The notes under the pieces are model-generated. The model saw only the letters and a program-made list of their open reading frames with translations. It had not been told where the DNA came from and ran no database searches. The position numbers and the translations under genes were made by a program. This document shows, one piece after another, positions 19,292 to 27,849 of a DNA stretch of 39,508 nt (its first letter is position 1; each line of letters begins with the position of its first letter). The DNA comes from Escherichia phage RDN8.1. The stretch lies in the sequence record MN414250.1; one strand, given 5' to 3'.

Positions 19292-19532
19292 ATCAATCAG
19301 TAAGGCTTTCAAGAAAGTAGTGGGTGGCGCATTGAACACTGTTGGTCTGGGCCAAGCGCCTACGCCTAAAGCTGCCGACACTCAGGTGGCTGCGGCCCCG
19401 GTGGAAGTCCCTCAGGACCAAGTGACTGACGTTGAGACCGATGTGACCGAGACCGATAAGAAGAAAGTGAAGCGTTCCGGTAAGCGTAGCCTTCAGGTCT
19501 CTCGCACCTCTGGTGGCGGTATTTCTATTTGA
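19284..19532 (+). CDS. Gene 7.3-like tail-associated protein, GTG start
   Basis: AAGGAG RBS; MGK..K N-terminus and C-terminal SGGGISI match recalled T7 gp7.3. Confidence 0.65.
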   Translation: MGKSISKAFKKVVGGALNTVGLGQAPTPKAADTQVAAAPVEVPQDQVTDVETDVTETDKKKVKRSGKRSLQVSRTSGGGISI

Positions 19533-19945
19533 CCGGGTGCATCGAGTGGAAGTGGGCCAAATCCTCAGCAGGATACGGGCAGAAGCGTATAGACGGTAAG
19601 TTAGTGTATATGCACCGACTCGCTTACGCCGATGCGCATGGTCCAATACCAGACGGAATGCTCGTCCGTCATAAGTGTGATAATCCAGCGTGTTTCAACG
19701 TAAACCACTTAGAGTTAGGAACTCAGCGTGATAACATGCAGGACGCCTCAAAGCGTGGTCGCGTCAATAAAACCAAAATGGCTAGAGGTGAAGACCAAGG
19801 GTTATCGGTTTTAACAGAAGACCTTGTTCGAGAAATCCGCAAGTCAACCGTAGGTTGTACAACACTGGCTCGTGAGCTAGGAGTTAGCAAGTCTACAGTT
19901 TTGCGTGTTCGCCAAGGTAAAACATGGAGGCACGTAGATGGCTGA
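19529..19945 (+). CDS. HNH endonuclease (T7 gene 7.7 position), probable TTG start
   Basis: CIEWKWAKSSAGYGQ...YMHRLAY...HKCDNPACFNVNHLELGTQRDN. Confidence 0.7.
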   Translation: MTGCIEWKWAKSSAGYGQKRIDGKLVYMHRLAYADAHGPIPDGMLVRHKCDNPACFNVNHLELGTQRDNMQDASKRGRVNKTKMARGEDQGLSVLTEDLVREIRKSTVGCTTLARELGVSKSTVLRVRQGKTWRHVDG

Positions 19946-21506
19946 ACGTGAAGGATTTGCTGCTGAAGGCGCGAAGTCAGTTTATGATAGATTGAAGAAC
20001 GGACGACAGCCTTACGAGACCCGCGCACAGAACTGCGCTGCCGTGACCATCCCGTCACTGTTTCCTAAGGAGTCCGACAACTCGTCTACGGAATATACAA
20101 CCCCGTGGCAGGCTGTAGGTGCTCGATGTCTGAATAACCTTGCGGCTAAGCTGATGCTGGCCCTGTTCCCTCAGTCACCGTGGATGCGACTTACGGTCTC
20201 CGAATATGAGGCCAAGACCTTGAGTCAGGACTCTGAGGCTGCTGCCCGTGTTGACGAGGGGCTGGCTATGGTCGAGCGTGTATTGATGGCCTACATGGAG
20301 ACTAACAGTTTCCGTGTCCCATTGTTTGAAGCTCTGAAGCAGCTTATCGTCTCCGGTAACTGTCTGCTCTACATTCCAGAGCCTGAACAGGGAACCTACA
20401 GTCCCATGCGAATGTACCGCTTAGTGTCTTACGTTGTTCAACGTGATGCATTCGGTAACATCTTGCAGATTGTGACTCTCGACAAGGTAGCGTTTAGTGC
20501 TCTACCGGAAGACGTGAAGTCTCAACTCAACGCAGACGACTATGAGCCTGACACCGAGCTTGAAGTGTATACGCACATCTACCGTCAGGACGACGAGTAT
20601 CTGCGATACGAGGAAGTGGAAGGCATTGAGGTAACAGGGACCGATGGTTCCTACCCGCTGACTGCGTGTCCGTACATCCCGGTACGAATGGTTCGACTGG
20701 ATGGTGAAGACTACGGTCGTTCTTACTGCGAGGAGTATCTGGGAGACCTGAACTCGCTGGAGACGATTACAGAAGCTATCACCAAAATGGCTAAGGTAGC
20801 CTCCAAGGTGGTGGGCCTCGTTAACCCGAACGGCATCACGCAACCTCGACGTCTGAACAAGGCGGCTACAGGTGAGTTCGTTGCTGGTCGCGTTGAGGAC
20901 ATCAACTTCCTGCAACTGACGAAAGGTCAGGACTTTACGATTGCTAAGTCGGTGGCTGATGCTATCGAGCAACGTTTAGGCTGGGCCTTCCTTCTTAATA
21001 GCGCTGTTCAGCGTAATGCCGAGCGGGTAACTGCTGAAGAGATTCGTTATGTTGCTGGCGAACTGGAGGCGACCTTAGGTGGCGTGTACTCAGTACAGTC
21101 ACAAGAGCTTCAGTTACCTATCGTCCGTGTGCTGATGAACCAGCTTCAGTCTGCTGGCATGATTCCTGACCTTCCGAAAGAAGCGGTAGAGCCTACGGTC
21201 TCCACTGGTCTGGAAGCGTTAGGTCGTGGTCAAGACTTAGAGAAGCTGACTCAGGCAGTCAACATGATGACCGGGCTACAGCCTCTGCAACAGGACCCAG
21301 ACATTAACTTGCCGACCCTGAAGCTGCGACTTCTGAATGCCTTGGGCATTGACACTGCTGGTCTACTGCTGACTCAGGACGAGAAGCTGCAACGTATGGC
21401 TGAACAATCTGCTCAAGGAGCTGTGGTCAACGGTGCGTCTGCTGCTGGTGCTAACATGGGCGCTGCCGTAGGTCAAGGAGCTGGTGAGGACATGGCTCAA
21501 GCCTAA
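19938..21506 (+). CDS. Portal (head-tail connector) protein (T7 gp8 homologue)
   Basis: 522 aa; GAKSVYDRLKN, YETRAQNCA, PSLFPK, YRLVSYVVQRDAFGN, RVTAEEIRYVAGELE match recalled T7 gp8. Confidence 0.97.
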   Translation: MAEREGFAAEGAKSVYDRLKNGRQPYETRAQNCAAVTIPSLFPKESDNSSTEYTTPWQAVGARCLNNLAAKLMLALFPQSPWMRLTVSEYEAKTLSQDSEAAARVDEGLAMVERVLMAYMETNSFRVPLFEALKQLIVSGNCLLYIPEPEQGTYSPMRMYRLVSYVVQRDAFGNILQIVTLDKVAFSALPEDVKSQLNADDYEPDTELEVYTHIYRQDDEYLRYEEVEGIEVTGTDGSYPLTACPYIPVRMVRLDGEDYGRSYCEEYLGDLNSLETITEAITKMAKVASKVVGLVNPNGITQPRRLNKAATGEFVAGRVEDINFLQLTKGQDFTIAKSVADAIEQRLGWAFLLNSAVQRNAERVTAEEIRYVAGELEATLGGVYSVQSQELQLPIVRVLMNQLQSAGMIPDLPKEAVEPTVSTGLEALGRGQDLEKLTQAVNMMTGLQPLQQDPDINLPTLKLRLLNALGIDTAGLLLTQDEKLQRMAEQSAQGAVVNGASAAGANMGAAVGQGAGEDMAQA

Positions 21507-21524
21507 ACTATCACTATAGGAACA
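21502..21524 (+). promoter_or_regulatory. Phage RNAP promoter (phi9-like), predicted +1 at 21519
   Basis: GCCTAAACTATCACTATAGGAACA; overlaps portal stop. Confidence 0.65.
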
Positions 21525-21526
21525 AC

Positions 21527-21620
21527 TAGAGCCACTCAAGGTGGGACTTACTGTAGCGCAAACAATGACCGTGGGTATTGAGCCTAAGTCATCCTACAGG
21601 TCCCACCTTGAGTGGCTCTA
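21527..21620 (+). other. Long hairpin in the gene 9 leader: perfect 21-bp inverted repeat (21527..21547 / 21600..21620) plus inner 6-bp pair
   Basis: TAGAGCCACTCAAGGTGGGAC and its exact reverse complement; CTGTAG (21551..21556) / CTACAG (21594..21599). Confidence 0.8.
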
Positions 21621-21650
21621 CCTATTAACGACTTAAAGGAGAATGACTCA

Positions 21651-22535
21651 ATGTCTCAATCAGTTTATGCCGAGTTCGGCGTTAGCTCTAACGCAATCAC
21701 TGGTTCCGTTGAGGACCTGAACGAACACCAGAAGTCTATGCTTGAACGGGACGTAGCTGTTCGTGATGGCGACGACGCTATTACCTTCAAGCAACTGGAA
21801 GCCGAGAACGAAGAGGCTACCGAAGAAGACGCGAACGTCGAAGAGACTGAAGGTGAAGAAGACCACGAGTACGATGGAGAAGAGCCTGAGACCGATGGTG
21901 AACAACCTGAGTTCGTCGAACTGGGTGATGCACCTAAAGAGCTGACCGAAAGTGTCACCGCTCTGGATGAAAACGAAGCTGCATTCGACGATATGGTGTC
22001 TTCTGCTGTAGAAGCTGGCAAGGTCACTGCTGATGAAATTACCGCTATCAAGGCTGAATACGCCAAGGACGGTAAGCTGTCTGACGCATCCTACGCTAAG
22101 TTGCAGGAAGCAGGTTACACCAAGCGTTTCGTAGATTCGTTTGTCCGTGGTCAGGAAGCTCTGGCTGAACAGTATGCTGCTGGTGTGGTTCGCTACGCTG
22201 GTGGGGCTGAACAGTTTAATCGCATCCTGTCCCACCTTGAGTCAAACGACCCGTCAACTCGTGAAGCACTGGAAGCTGCTATCGTTCGTAAGGACATTGC
22301 GACTACCAAAGCTCTGCTGAATCTTGCTGGAAAGACTCTGGGTAAAGCTGTAGGCGTTAAACCTCAGCGTACCATCACCACTCAGGCTAAACCTGTGGTA
22401 GCACCTAAGGCTCCTCAGACCGAAGCATTCAGCTCAAAGGCTGACATGATTAAGGCTATGAGTGACCCACGATACCTGCGTGACGCTAAGTACACTATGG
22501 AAGTTCGCGCTAAGGTAGCTGCCTCAAGCCTGTAG
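21651..22535 (+). CDS. Scaffolding protein (T7 gp9 homologue)
   Basis: ATG after AAGGAG; VYAEFGV, acidic central region, KAMSDPRY match recalled T7 gp9; upstream GTG 21612 lies inside the hairpin. Confidence 0.9.
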   Translation: MSQSVYAEFGVSSNAITGSVEDLNEHQKSMLERDVAVRDGDDAITFKQLEAENEEATEEDANVEETEGEEDHEYDGEEPETDGEQPEFVELGDAPKELTESVTALDENEAAFDDMVSSAVEAGKVTADEITAIKAEYAKDGKLSDASYAKLQEAGYTKRFVDSFVRGQEALAEQYAAGVVRYAGGAEQFNRILSHLESNDPSTREALEAAIVRKDIATTKALLNLAGKTLGKAVGVKPQRTITTQAKPVVAPKAPQTEAFSSKADMIKAMSDPRYLRDAKYTMEVRAKVAASSL

Positions 22536-22536
22536 G

Positions 22537-22559
22537 ACTAAACTATCACTATAGGGAGA
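22537..22559 (+). promoter_or_regulatory. Phage RNAP promoter (phi10-like), full consensus with GGGAGA start, predicted +1 at 22554
   Basis: TAAACTATCACTATAGGGAGACC; followed by structured leader and AGGAG RBS. Confidence 0.75.
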
Positions 22560-22663
22560 CCAAGAGACAGACTCAAGGTTTCCCCCTATTACTTCGGTCC
22601 ATACGGATTGGGCGTACAGTAAGTAATATACTTTATCTTTCAATTGAATAGGAGAATTATCAT

Positions 22664-23125
22664 ATGGCAAACGTTCCGGGTCAGAAAGTTGGTACAGACC
22701 AAGGTAAAGGCAAATCTGGTTCCGACGCTCTGGCGTTGTTCCTGAAGGTATTTGCTGGTGAAGTCCTGACCGCATTCACTCGCCGCTCCGTAACTGCTGA
22801 CAAGCATATTGTCCGCACCATTCAGAACGGTAAGTCTGCTCAGTTCCCGGTAATGGGTCGCACCTCTGGTGTCCCGGCTGCATCCGATGAAAACATCGCT
22901 GGTCTGGGCAAAGCGTCTGTGCTGGAAGTTGGTACTAAAGCCGACCTGAACACTCCGGCTAAACTGGGTGAAGCAATCATCGGTCAACTGACCATTGCTC
23001 GTGCGAAGCTGACCTCCAACTACGTTCCTGCTGGCGACCGTTACTTCTACACAACGCCGGACAACTACTCTGCAATCCTCGCGGCTCTGATGCCTAACGC
23101 TGCTCGGGCAACATCCGTAACGTAA
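22664..23125 (+). CDS. Major capsid protein (T7 gp10A homologue), N-terminal ORF; lacks about 73 residues relative to T7 and ends at an out-of-frame junction
   Basis: GKSAQFPV.GRT then ENI.GLG...NYVPA.DR.FY..PD.YSAILAALMPNAA match T7 gp10A residues about 58-71 and 152-226; stop at 23123. Confidence 0.85.
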   Translation: MANVPGQKVGTDQGKGKSGSDALALFLKVFAGEVLTAFTRRSVTADKHIVRTIQNGKSAQFPVMGRTSGVPAASDENIAGLGKASVLEVGTKADLNTPAKLGEAIIGQLTIARAKLTSNYVPAGDRYFYTTPDNYSAILAALMPNAARATSVT

Positions 23126-23460
23126 TGGGCTTCGTTGTGGTTGAGGTTCCGCACCTGACCGCTGGTGGTGCTGGTGAGACCCGTGGTGACGATGGTATTT
23201 CCATTGCATCTGGTCAGAAGCACGGCTTCCCAGAAACCTCTAGCTCTACCGTTAAGGTGGCGCTGGACAACGTTGTGGGCCTGTTCTCTCACCGCTCTGC
23301 TGTGGGTACTGTTAAGCTGCGTGATTTGGCGCTGGAACGTGACCGTGACGTCGATGCTCAGGGCGACCTGATTGTCGGTAAGTACGCTATGGGTCACGGC
23401 GGTCTGCGTCCTGAAGCGGCTGGCGCACTGGTTTTCAAAGCAGCAGCTCCGCAGGGTTAA
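23125..23460 (+). CDS. Major capsid protein, C-terminal ORF (-1 frame relative to 22664..23125)
   Basis: IRNVMGFVVVEVPHLTAGGAG...SAVGTVKLRDLALER...YAMGHGGLRPEAAGALVFK matches T7 gp10A C-terminus. Confidence 0.85.
   Translation: MGFVVVEVPHLTAGGAGETRGDDGISIASGQKHGFPETSSSTVKVALDNVVGLFSHRSAVGTVKLRDLALERDRDVDAQGDLIVGKYAMGHGGLRPEAAGALVFKAAAPQG
23430..23439 (+). other. Putative -1 ribosomal frameshift site (G GTT TTC AAA) giving the minor capsid form
   Basis: Same GGTTTTCAAA motif as recalled at the end of T7 gene 10A; -1 frame open to 23723. Confidence 0.5.
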
Positions 23461-23723
23461 TGACCTTTAAGTTGGCTGGGGATTCGTCCCCGGTCGTTGA
23501 GACACTCGAATCGACAGTAGGTGCGAGCCTAAAGGTGGAACTGACCGAACTAGCAGATGTGACCGACTGGTCCCTGCTTGAGGTCTCCACGGATAGTGCC
23601 GTGTCCTACTCCCGCCGAGCGAATAGTCTCTACTTTAAGGCTGCGGTGGCTGGTGACTACCAGATTATCATCGGCTATGATGGCTCGCCTGTGCGGTCCT
23701 TCAAGCTGCAAGTCTCTAACTAA
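23460..23723 (+). CDS. Minor-capsid C-terminal extension (about 87 aa, beta-rich), reached by -1 frameshift or from ATG 23460
   Basis: -1 frame relative to capsid C-terminal ORF; followed directly by terminator. Confidence 0.5.
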   Translation: MTFKLAGDSSPVVETLESTVGASLKVELTELADVTDWSLLEVSTDSAVSYSRRANSLYFKAAVAGDYQIIIGYDGSPVRSFKLQVSN

Positions 23724-23729
23724 TTGAAA

Positions 23730-23766
23730 CCCCTTGGGTGCCTTCGGGTGCTTGAGGGGGTTTTTT
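23730..23766 (+). terminator. T-phi-like terminator after the capsid gene
   Basis: CCCCTTGGGTGCCTTCGGGTGCTTGAGGGGG + TTTTTT; G-U-rich stem as in T7 T-phi. Confidence 0.8.
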
Positions 23767-23781
23767 GCTTAAGGAGGGCCT

Positions 23782-24348
23782 ATGGCTCAGTACATCCCAC
23801 TGAACGCTAATGATGACTTAGATGCTATCAACGACATGTTAGCGGCTATCGGTGAACCAGCAGTCCTACAGCTTGACGAAGGGAACGCAGACGTCTCGAA
23901 CGCTCAGCGCATCCTGCACCGTGTCAATCGTCAGGTCCAAGCTAAGGGCTGGAACTTTAACATCAACGAGTCTGCTGTACTCACACCGGACATCCAAGAC
24001 CAAAGGATTCGATTCCTGCCGTCTTACCTCCGGGTCATGACTACAGGCTCGACCAGTTACTACAGCAACATGGGAGGCTACCTATATGACCTCAGTACCC
24101 AATCCACGACCTTCACCGGGCCTGTTACCGTAGAACTGGTGGAGATGAAGCCCTTCGCAGAGATGCCAGTGGTCTTCCGGGACTACATCGTGACCAAGGC
24201 CAGCCGAGAGTTTAACGCCAAGTTCTTCGGTAGCCCTGAGTCCGAGCAGTACCTACGGGAGCAGGAGGCTGAGCTGTACCAGCAGGTCATGGAGTATGAG
24301 CTGGACACCGGACGCTACAACATGATGTCTTCCATCGGTCGAGACTAA
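23782..24348 (+). CDS. Tail tubular protein A (T7 gp11 homologue)
   Basis: 188 aa; IGEP, GWNFNI, IVTKASREFNAKFFG, MEYELD..GRYNM match recalled T7 gp11. Confidence 0.93.
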   Translation: MAQYIPLNANDDLDAINDMLAAIGEPAVLQLDEGNADVSNAQRILHRVNRQVQAKGWNFNINESAVLTPDIQDQRIRFLPSYLRVMTTGSTSYYSNMGGYLYDLSTQSTTFTGPVTVELVEMKPFAEMPVVFRDYIVTKASREFNAKFFGSPESEQYLREQEAELYQQVMEYELDTGRYNMMSSIGRD

Positions 24349-24359
24349 TAGGAGGTGAT

Positions 24360-26729
24360 ATGCCACTTTATACACAATCAATCAAGAACCTGAAGGGTGG
24401 CATTAGCCAACAGCCTGACATCCTGAGGTTCTCGGACCAAGGGGAGCAGCAGATTAACGGCTGGTCTTCCGAGAGTGATGGTCTACAGAAGCGCCCGCCT
24501 ACCGTCTGGAAGCGGAGGCTCTCAGCGGTGAACTGGGTTATTCCTAACACAGCGAAGTTCCACCTCATCAACCGGGACGAGACCGAGCAGTATTACATCG
24601 TCTTCACCGGGAAGGACATCATGGTCTTTGACCTTGAGGGGAACCAGTACGCTGTTACAGGTGGCATGACCTACGTAAACACTGATAAGCCGAGAGACGA
24701 CATCCGGGTAATCACCGTGGCTGACTATACGTTCATCGTGAATCGCCGCACTACGGTCCTCGCAGATAAGGCCACGGCGCACGTTGGATACAACATGAAG
24801 AACCGGGCGCTGATTAACCTTCGGGGTGGTCAATACGGTCGCAAGCTGAAGGTCGGTATTAATGGTGGGACCAAGGTTGAACACCAGTTGCCTCCGGGCG
24901 ATAACGCTAAGGATGACCCACCTAAGGTTGATGCTCAGGCTATCGGTGCCGCTCTTATTGCTCTGCTGACTCCAGCGTATCCGGGCTACACGTTCACCCT
25001 TGGGTCTGGCTACATTGAGATTAAGGCCCCTGCTGGCGGTTCTATTACCTCAGTGGAGACCGAGGACGGGTACGCTAACCAGTTAATCAACGCTGTGCTG
25101 GACACTGTGCAGACTATCAGCAAGCTGCCTCTGGCAGCACCTGAGGGCTACATTATCCGCATCCAAGGGGAGACCAATAGTTCTGCCGATGAATACTTCG
25201 TTCGGTATGACTCAGCGCGTAAGACTTGGCGTGAGACCGTGGAGCCGGGGACTATAACCCGCTTCGATTCGTCCACTATGCCACACGCTCTGGTCCGTCA
25301 GGCCGATGGTAGCTTTAAGTTTCAGACTCTGGACTGGGGCGAGCGTGGAGCGGGTAACGAGGACACCAACCCTATGCCGAGCTTCGTGAACTCTCGGATT
25401 AACGATGTGTTCTTCTACCGCAACCGCTTGGGGTTCCTCTCTGGTGAGAACGTCATTATGTCCCGTTCGGCTGGATACTTTGCGTTCTTCCCGAAAAGTG
25501 TGGCGACCTTAAGTGATGACGACCCGATTGATGTGGCTGTGAGCCACCCTCGAATCTCCATCCTGAAGTATGCCGTACCGTTCGCTGAGCAGCTCCTCCT
25601 TTGGTCCGATGAGGTCCAGTTCGTGATGACCAGCTCTGGGGTACTGACCTCTAAGTCCATCAAGCTTGACGTTGGCTCTGAGTTCGCTGTGAGTGATAAC
25701 GCCAGACCTTTCGCTATTGGACGCTCAGTCTTCTTTGCGGCCCCTCGTGGCTCGTTCACCAGCATTAACCGCTACTTTGCGGTGGCTGACGTAACGGACG
25801 TGAAGGACGCTGACGACACGACAGGTCACGTTCTGTCTTACATCCCCAACGGAGTGTTTGACATCCAAGGTTCCTCGACTGAGAACTTCATCACGGTATC
25901 CACTGAGGGCGCGCCCAATAATCTGTTTGTGTACAAGTTCCTCTTTAAGGATGGCGTACAGCTTCAGGCATCGTGGTCTCACTGGGAGCTGGAGCAGGGA
26001 GAGCAGATTATGGCCTCAGCCTGTATCGGGTCCTCTATGTACCTCGTTCGCAAGCATGGATATGGGGTGGACTTGGAGAAGCTGGAGTTCATCAAGGAGA
26101 CCGTGGACATCGGAGGTGAGCCGTACCGACTGCACATCGACGGTAAGACGACTATGGTCGTGCCGACTAATGCGTTCAACCCGGACACCTACACTACGTC
26201 CTTCGACGTGGGGGCCGCTTACGGTGGGGTCTTCCCGCCAGCAGGTCGATACCTCATGGTAGACTCAAGCGGGCGATTCGTCGCTCTACCGGATACCGTG
26301 TGGTCCAGCACTCGCTGGGTGACAGTGAAGGGTGACTGGTCCGGGAAGACTGTATTCCTCGGTCGTGTCTATAAGTTCACCTACGCCTTCTCTCGGTTCC
26401 TCATCAAGTATGAAGACCAGAACGGGACGGTGACGGAGGACTCTGGGCGCTTGCAGCTTCGTCGCGCTTGGGTGAACTACCAGCGGACTGGTGCGCTTGC
26501 TATGCGAGTCGTCAACCAGCAGCGTGAGTTCGTTAACACCTTGAACGGCTACAAGCTGGGACTACAGGATGTAGGGACGGTGAACATCGGAGATGGTCAA
26601 TTCCGCTTCCCGATGAATGGAGATGCCCTGCAAACTCGGTTAATCCTTGAGTCCGACTATCCGACCCCAGTGTCAATCGTTGGGTGCGGCTGGGAGGCCT
26701 CCTACGCACGGAAAGCTAAATCCATCTAA
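24360..26729 (+). CDS. Tail tubular protein B (T7 gp12 homologue)
   Basis: 789 aa; QSIKNLKGGISQQPDILR, VTVADYTFIVNR, RNRLGFLSGEN, RLQLRRAWVNY, GCGWE match recalled T7 gp12. Confidence 0.95.
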   Translation: MPLYTQSIKNLKGGISQQPDILRFSDQGEQQINGWSSESDGLQKRPPTVWKRRLSAVNWVIPNTAKFHLINRDETEQYYIVFTGKDIMVFDLEGNQYAVTGGMTYVNTDKPRDDIRVITVADYTFIVNRRTTVLADKATAHVGYNMKNRALINLRGGQYGRKLKVGINGGTKVEHQLPPGDNAKDDPPKVDAQAIGAALIALLTPAYPGYTFTLGSGYIEIKAPAGGSITSVETEDGYANQLINAVLDTVQTISKLPLAAPEGYIIRIQGETNSSADEYFVRYDSARKTWRETVEPGTITRFDSSTMPHALVRQADGSFKFQTLDWGERGAGNEDTNPMPSFVNSRINDVFFYRNRLGFLSGENVIMSRSAGYFAFFPKSVATLSDDDPIDVAVSHPRISILKYAVPFAEQLLLWSDEVQFVMTSSGVLTSKSIKLDVGSEFAVSDNARPFAIGRSVFFAAPRGSFTSINRYFAVADVTDVKDADDTTGHVLSYIPNGVFDIQGSSTENFITVSTEGAPNNLFVYKFLFKDGVQLQASWSHWELEQGEQIMASACIGSSMYLVRKHGYGVDLEKLEFIKETVDIGGEPYRLHIDGKTTMVVPTNAFNPDTYTTSFDVGAAYGGVFPPAGRYLMVDSSGRFVALPDTVWSSTRWVTVKGDWSGKTVFLGRVYKFTYAFSRFLIKYEDQNGTVTEDSGRLQLRRAWVNYQRTGALAMRVVNQQREFVNTLNGYKLGLQDVGTVNIGDGQFRFPMNGDALQTRLILESDYPTPVSIVGCGWEASYARKAKSI

Positions 26730-26736
26730 CCTCTTG

Positions 26737-26787
26737 AAAGGCCTATAGTTTCTACTTAACTATCACTATAGGGACTATAGGCCCTTT
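26737..26787 (+). other. Inverted repeat bracketing the phi13 promoter (AAAGGCCTATAG / CTATAGGCCCTTT); possible R13-like processing structure
   Basis: 12-bp complementary arms with one bulged C around promoter 26754..26776. Confidence 0.35.
26754..26776 (+). promoter_or_regulatory. Phage RNAP promoter (phi13-like), predicted +1 at 26771
   Basis: CTTAACTATCACTATAGGGACT. Confidence 0.6.
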
Positions 26788-26804
26788 AAGTTATAGGAGA
26801 CTTT

Positions 26805-27266
26805 ATGTATATTCGTAAGGCTACTGAACAGGACGTAAGGTCCTTTGAAATCGCTATAGATGACATTAACGAGCTGATGGCGCATGACCCACGGAGAGAC
26901 CTTAAGTCTGTCCTGCTGTCTCACCTCACTCCGTCATCTGTGGTTTTGGTCGATGCTCTTGGGACCGTGTACGCCTATGGTGGAAACCAAGGGGATAACG
27001 TATGGTTCCTGACTTCACGTCTGGTCTCCCGGCTGTCAAAGGCTGAGAAGCGAGAGTTCGGTCATCACATTGCATCGTACAGAGACTTAATGTTAGACCA
27101 GTTCCCAGTCCTTTGGAATTACGTCTGGTCGGGCAACAAGTCTCACATTAGGTTTCTCAAGTTGTTGGGCGCTAAGTTTCACCCTGAGGTGACTATCAGC
27201 CCGGTGACTGGGGAGAGATTCCAACTATTCACTATCTCTAAGGAGGACGTATGTGCGAACCCGTGA
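26805..27266 (+). CDS. Internal virion protein A (gp13-like), by synteny
   Basis: 153 aa ORF after AGGAGA, between gp12 and gp14 homologues. Confidence 0.55.
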   Translation: MYIRKATEQDVRSFEIAIDDINELMAHDPRRDLKSVLLSHLTPSSVVLVDALGTVYAYGGNQGDNVWFLTSRLVSRLSKAEKREFGHHIASYRDLMLDQFPVLWNYVWSGNKSHIRFLKLLGAKFHPEVTISPVTGERFQLFTISKEDVCANP

Positions 27267-27838
27267 GCATTGGTATGGGTATCATGGCTGTGGCGGGTGC
27301 CACTATGTCCGCTTCAAGTCAGGCCAAGGCCGAAGGTGCAGCGATTGACGCTCAGAACCGACAGGCTCAGGAAATGATTAAGCAGATGAACTACTCTGAC
27401 GCTAACCTGAAGATGCAGGAGCGAGACCTTAAGGAACAGCAGGTCGCTGAACTGACTGAGACGACCCTTAACGGTATTCGCAATCAGGGCATGGTCCGAG
27501 CAGCAGTCGCTGAGTCTGGGCTTGAAGGCAACTCCATGAACCGCATTGAGCGAGAAGTAGAGGGTCAGACTGTGAAAGAGCGGGCTGGCATCACCGAGAG
27601 TTACAACCGTGACTACGCGGCTATCTTCGGCAACCGCATCGCCAACATTGAGAACACCAAGTCTGCCATCAAAGGTCAGCAGAAGATTATCAAGACCAGC
27701 CCTCTGGCTCATGCACTTAACGTCGCGTCTGCTGGTATGCAGGGGTACGCTGCTGGTAGTTCTATCGCCGGGGCTAAGCCTTCGGGCGGTGCAGCTCCAA
27801 TCAGTGCCGCTAAAGGCACACCTACAGGTCATAGCTAA
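27251..27838 (+). CDS. Internal virion protein B (T7 gp14 homologue)
   Basis: 195 aa; MC N-terminus, Gln/Ala-rich, EGNSMNRI, NYRRDY blocks resemble recalled T7 gp14. Confidence 0.8.
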   Translation: MCEPVSIGMGIMAVAGATMSASSQAKAEGAAIDAQNRQAQEMIKQMNYSDANLKMQERDLKEQQVAELTETTLNGIRNQGMVRAAVAESGLEGNSMNRIEREVEGQTVKERAGITESYNRDYAAIFGNRIANIENTKSAIKGQQKIIKTSPLAHALNVASAGMQGYAAGSSIAGAKPSGGAAPISAAKGTPTGHS

Positions 27839-27849
27839 CAGGAGGACCA

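Noticed and set aside
20502-23397. Minus-strand ORFs of 110-191 aa (20502..20972, 21660..22235, 22640..23209, 23065..23397) antisense to portal, scaffold and capsid genes
   Set aside because: They lie entirely within strongly supported + strand genes, have no RBS, and T7-like genomes are transcribed from one strand only.
25858-26262. 134-aa + strand ORF inside gp12 in another frame
   Set aside because: Embedded in tail tubular protein B with no RBS; serine/arginine-rich composition typical of out-of-frame translation.
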